Positions 62,198 through 64,000 of a stretch of 64,000 nt of DNA are shown piece after piece. Source of the DNA: an uncultured delta proteobacterium (GTDB taxonomy: Bacteria > Desulfobacterota > Binatia > UBA9968); the NCBI GenBank assembly GCA_963760795.1, contig CAVXEP010000020.1, positions 32,001 to 96,000 of the forward strand, written 5' to 3'. How positions within the stretch are numbered: the stretch's first letter is position 1; every line of letters starts with the position of its first letter. Below the pieces are notes generated by a model. It did not search any database and was not told the origin of the DNA. It saw only the letters and a list, made by a program, of their open reading frames with translations. The translations under genes and the position numbers were made by a program.

Positions 62198-64000
62198 ATG
62201 AACCTATTTATGTCAATGACGCGACGATTGGCAATCCTCGGTAGCATCGCAGTCATCGTCGGCCAATTTGACCCTAGCGCGTTTGGCCAATCTCATCCGC
62301 ACCTGTTTCGCCAACGGCCAGTGCCGATCTTGCCGGAGCGTAACGCCAGCGTGGCGTCCATCGGCGACGTTGATCACAACCTTCTGGCCAGTAACCCCGA
62401 GCGCTTGACCATCGTCGTGCCCGGCAAAGCCGATCTGCTGATCGACCGTCATCATCACGACCAGCGCAGCGCGGACAACATGGTATGGCGCGGTCAGGCC
62501 GACGACGACCCAAGCAGCAAGGTGACTTTGACCCTCCATAACGGCATTCTCCTCGGCCATATACAGAGCGGCAACGAAATCTTTGCGCTGCGTCCGGGAC
62601 GCAATGGCCGCACGATCATCGAAAAAATCGACACCGACAGTTTTAACCCCGAATGGGGCCATGACCATCGTACCCATGGCCATGATAAAGTCCCGCCAAA
62701 GCGCGCTGGCACTGCCGACCTGAGCGGCACCAGCAGCGCAACCGCGCCTGCCACTGCAGCAGCAACAACGACCACAGAAATTGTCTTGATGTCGGTCTAC
62801 ACGCCCCAGGCTCGCGCCGCCGCTGGAGGAGTAGCGCAAATCCAAGCGCAAATTCAAGCCGCGGTGGATCAAGCCAACACCGCCTTTATCAACAGTAACA
62901 TGATCGCCCGTTACCGCTTGGCGCACACCGCCGAAGTGGCTTACACCGATTCAGGCGATATTGACACCGACTTGAACTGGGTCACCGGCAACGCCGCCGT
63001 CGCGTCATTGCGCAATACCCACTCGGCCGACATGGTGTCGCTGATCACCGAAAACGGCGGCGGTTATTGCGGCATCGGCTGGGTGCAAAGAAATCCTGGC
63101 GCAGGTTTCGCCTCCTATGCCTTTCAAGTCACGGCACGTGGCTGTCTTGCCAATAGCACTTTAGCCCATGAACACGGCCACAACCTGGGTATGGAACATG
63201 ACCCGGCTACCGCGGGAATTTCCCCGGCGGGCGCTTCCTATGACTGGTCTTTCGGTCACAACGTCCCCGGCTCATTCCGCACGATTATGTCCTACAGCCT
63301 GCGCCGCGCCTTGTCCGCGCGTGTTGCATTACTCCAATCCCGATGTTCTCTACAACGGTCTGCCGACCGGCATCGCCAACGAGCGTGACAACGCTTGGAC
63401 TGGAGATTTGACCGCACCGATCGTCGCCGCCTTTCGCAGCGGCGGCGACGCCGCCGTCAACAACCCACCGGCGTTTACCAGTGATCCGATCAGCAAGCCA
63501 AACGCCACCCAGGCGCTAGCCTATTCAAGCAGCGTCGCCAGCAACGCCAGCGATGCTGACGGCGACACTTTGACATTCTCCAAGAGTGGCGGACCAGCCT
63601 GGCTCATTGTCGCCCAAAACGGCGCTTTGACCGGCACCCCGAGTGGCAGCAATCTGGGAGTTAACACTTTCACAGTGAGCGTTACCGACGGCAAAGGCGT
63701 CCCTGACACCGCGACACTGCAAATCACCGTAGTGAGCGGGTTGAGCGCGCCGAGCGGTCTCGTCGGTTCGTCGACACTCGCGCGGCGCATTAATCTTGTC
63801 TGGAATGATAACTCCAGTAACGAGAAAGGGTTCAAAATCGAGCGCTCCACTGACGGCGTGAACTTTACTAGAATCGCCACCCGTCCCGCTAACGCAACGG
63901 CTTTTACCGATGGTAACCGCCGCTCAGGATCGACCTACTACTACCGAGTCCAGGCATATAACGCGAGCGGCCATTCCGCCTATTCAAATACTGTCAGCGT
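62198..64000 (+). CDS. Secreted metzincin (M12/reprolysin-like) metalloprotease with Ig-like and fibronectin III domains; frameshift at about 63300, runs off window end
   Basis: HEHGHNLGMEHD zinc motif, TIMSY Met-turn; shifted frame continues YSNPDV, NNPPAFTS..DADGDTLTFS..GPAWL..LTGTP and WNDNSSNEKGFKIERS..YYYRVQAYN. Confidence 0.88.

Noticed and set aside
1-64000. Prophage, integron, IS or defence system
   Set aside because: No integrase, transposase, phage structural, restriction or toxin-antitoxin genes were recognised; the tail relics are gene-specific rather than a common attC-like site.

Overview
A GC-rich (roughly 60% by eye) bacterial chromosomal segment with about 56 genes, mostly catabolic or accessory. 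It carries 14 solute-binding proteins with no permease or ATPase, 5 amidohydrolases, UbiD, an HpaB-like and an FAD monooxygenase, an LLM oxidoreductase, a thiolase-like/DUF35/CaiB module, MurJ, a CyaC-type adenylate cyclase, an HD-GYP protein and a secreted metalloprotease. This gene content and the dense intergenic palindromic repeats resemble Candidatus Binatia-type Deltaproteobacteria (inference only). No rRNA, tRNA, CRISPR, integrase or transposase was seen. There are three main results. (1) Two genes that the ORF track splits or truncates are very likely selenoproteins: an AhpD/CMD-family protein with C-Q-Y-U (TGA at 24237-24239) and a signal-peptide rhodanese with U at the catalytic Cys position (TGA at 17448-17446, minus strand). 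Each TGA is followed by a SECIS-like hairpin with the same CAGGCTG apex. (2) A recurring architecture of gene, cargo genes, then a diverged copy of the same gene's 3' tail is seen three times clearly and probably a fourth time. It suggests integrase-free cargo capture by 3'-end allele replacement. (3) Intergenic palindromic elements are nested inside one another. About 14 reading-frame breaks in otherwise intact genes most likely reflect long-read assembly errors.
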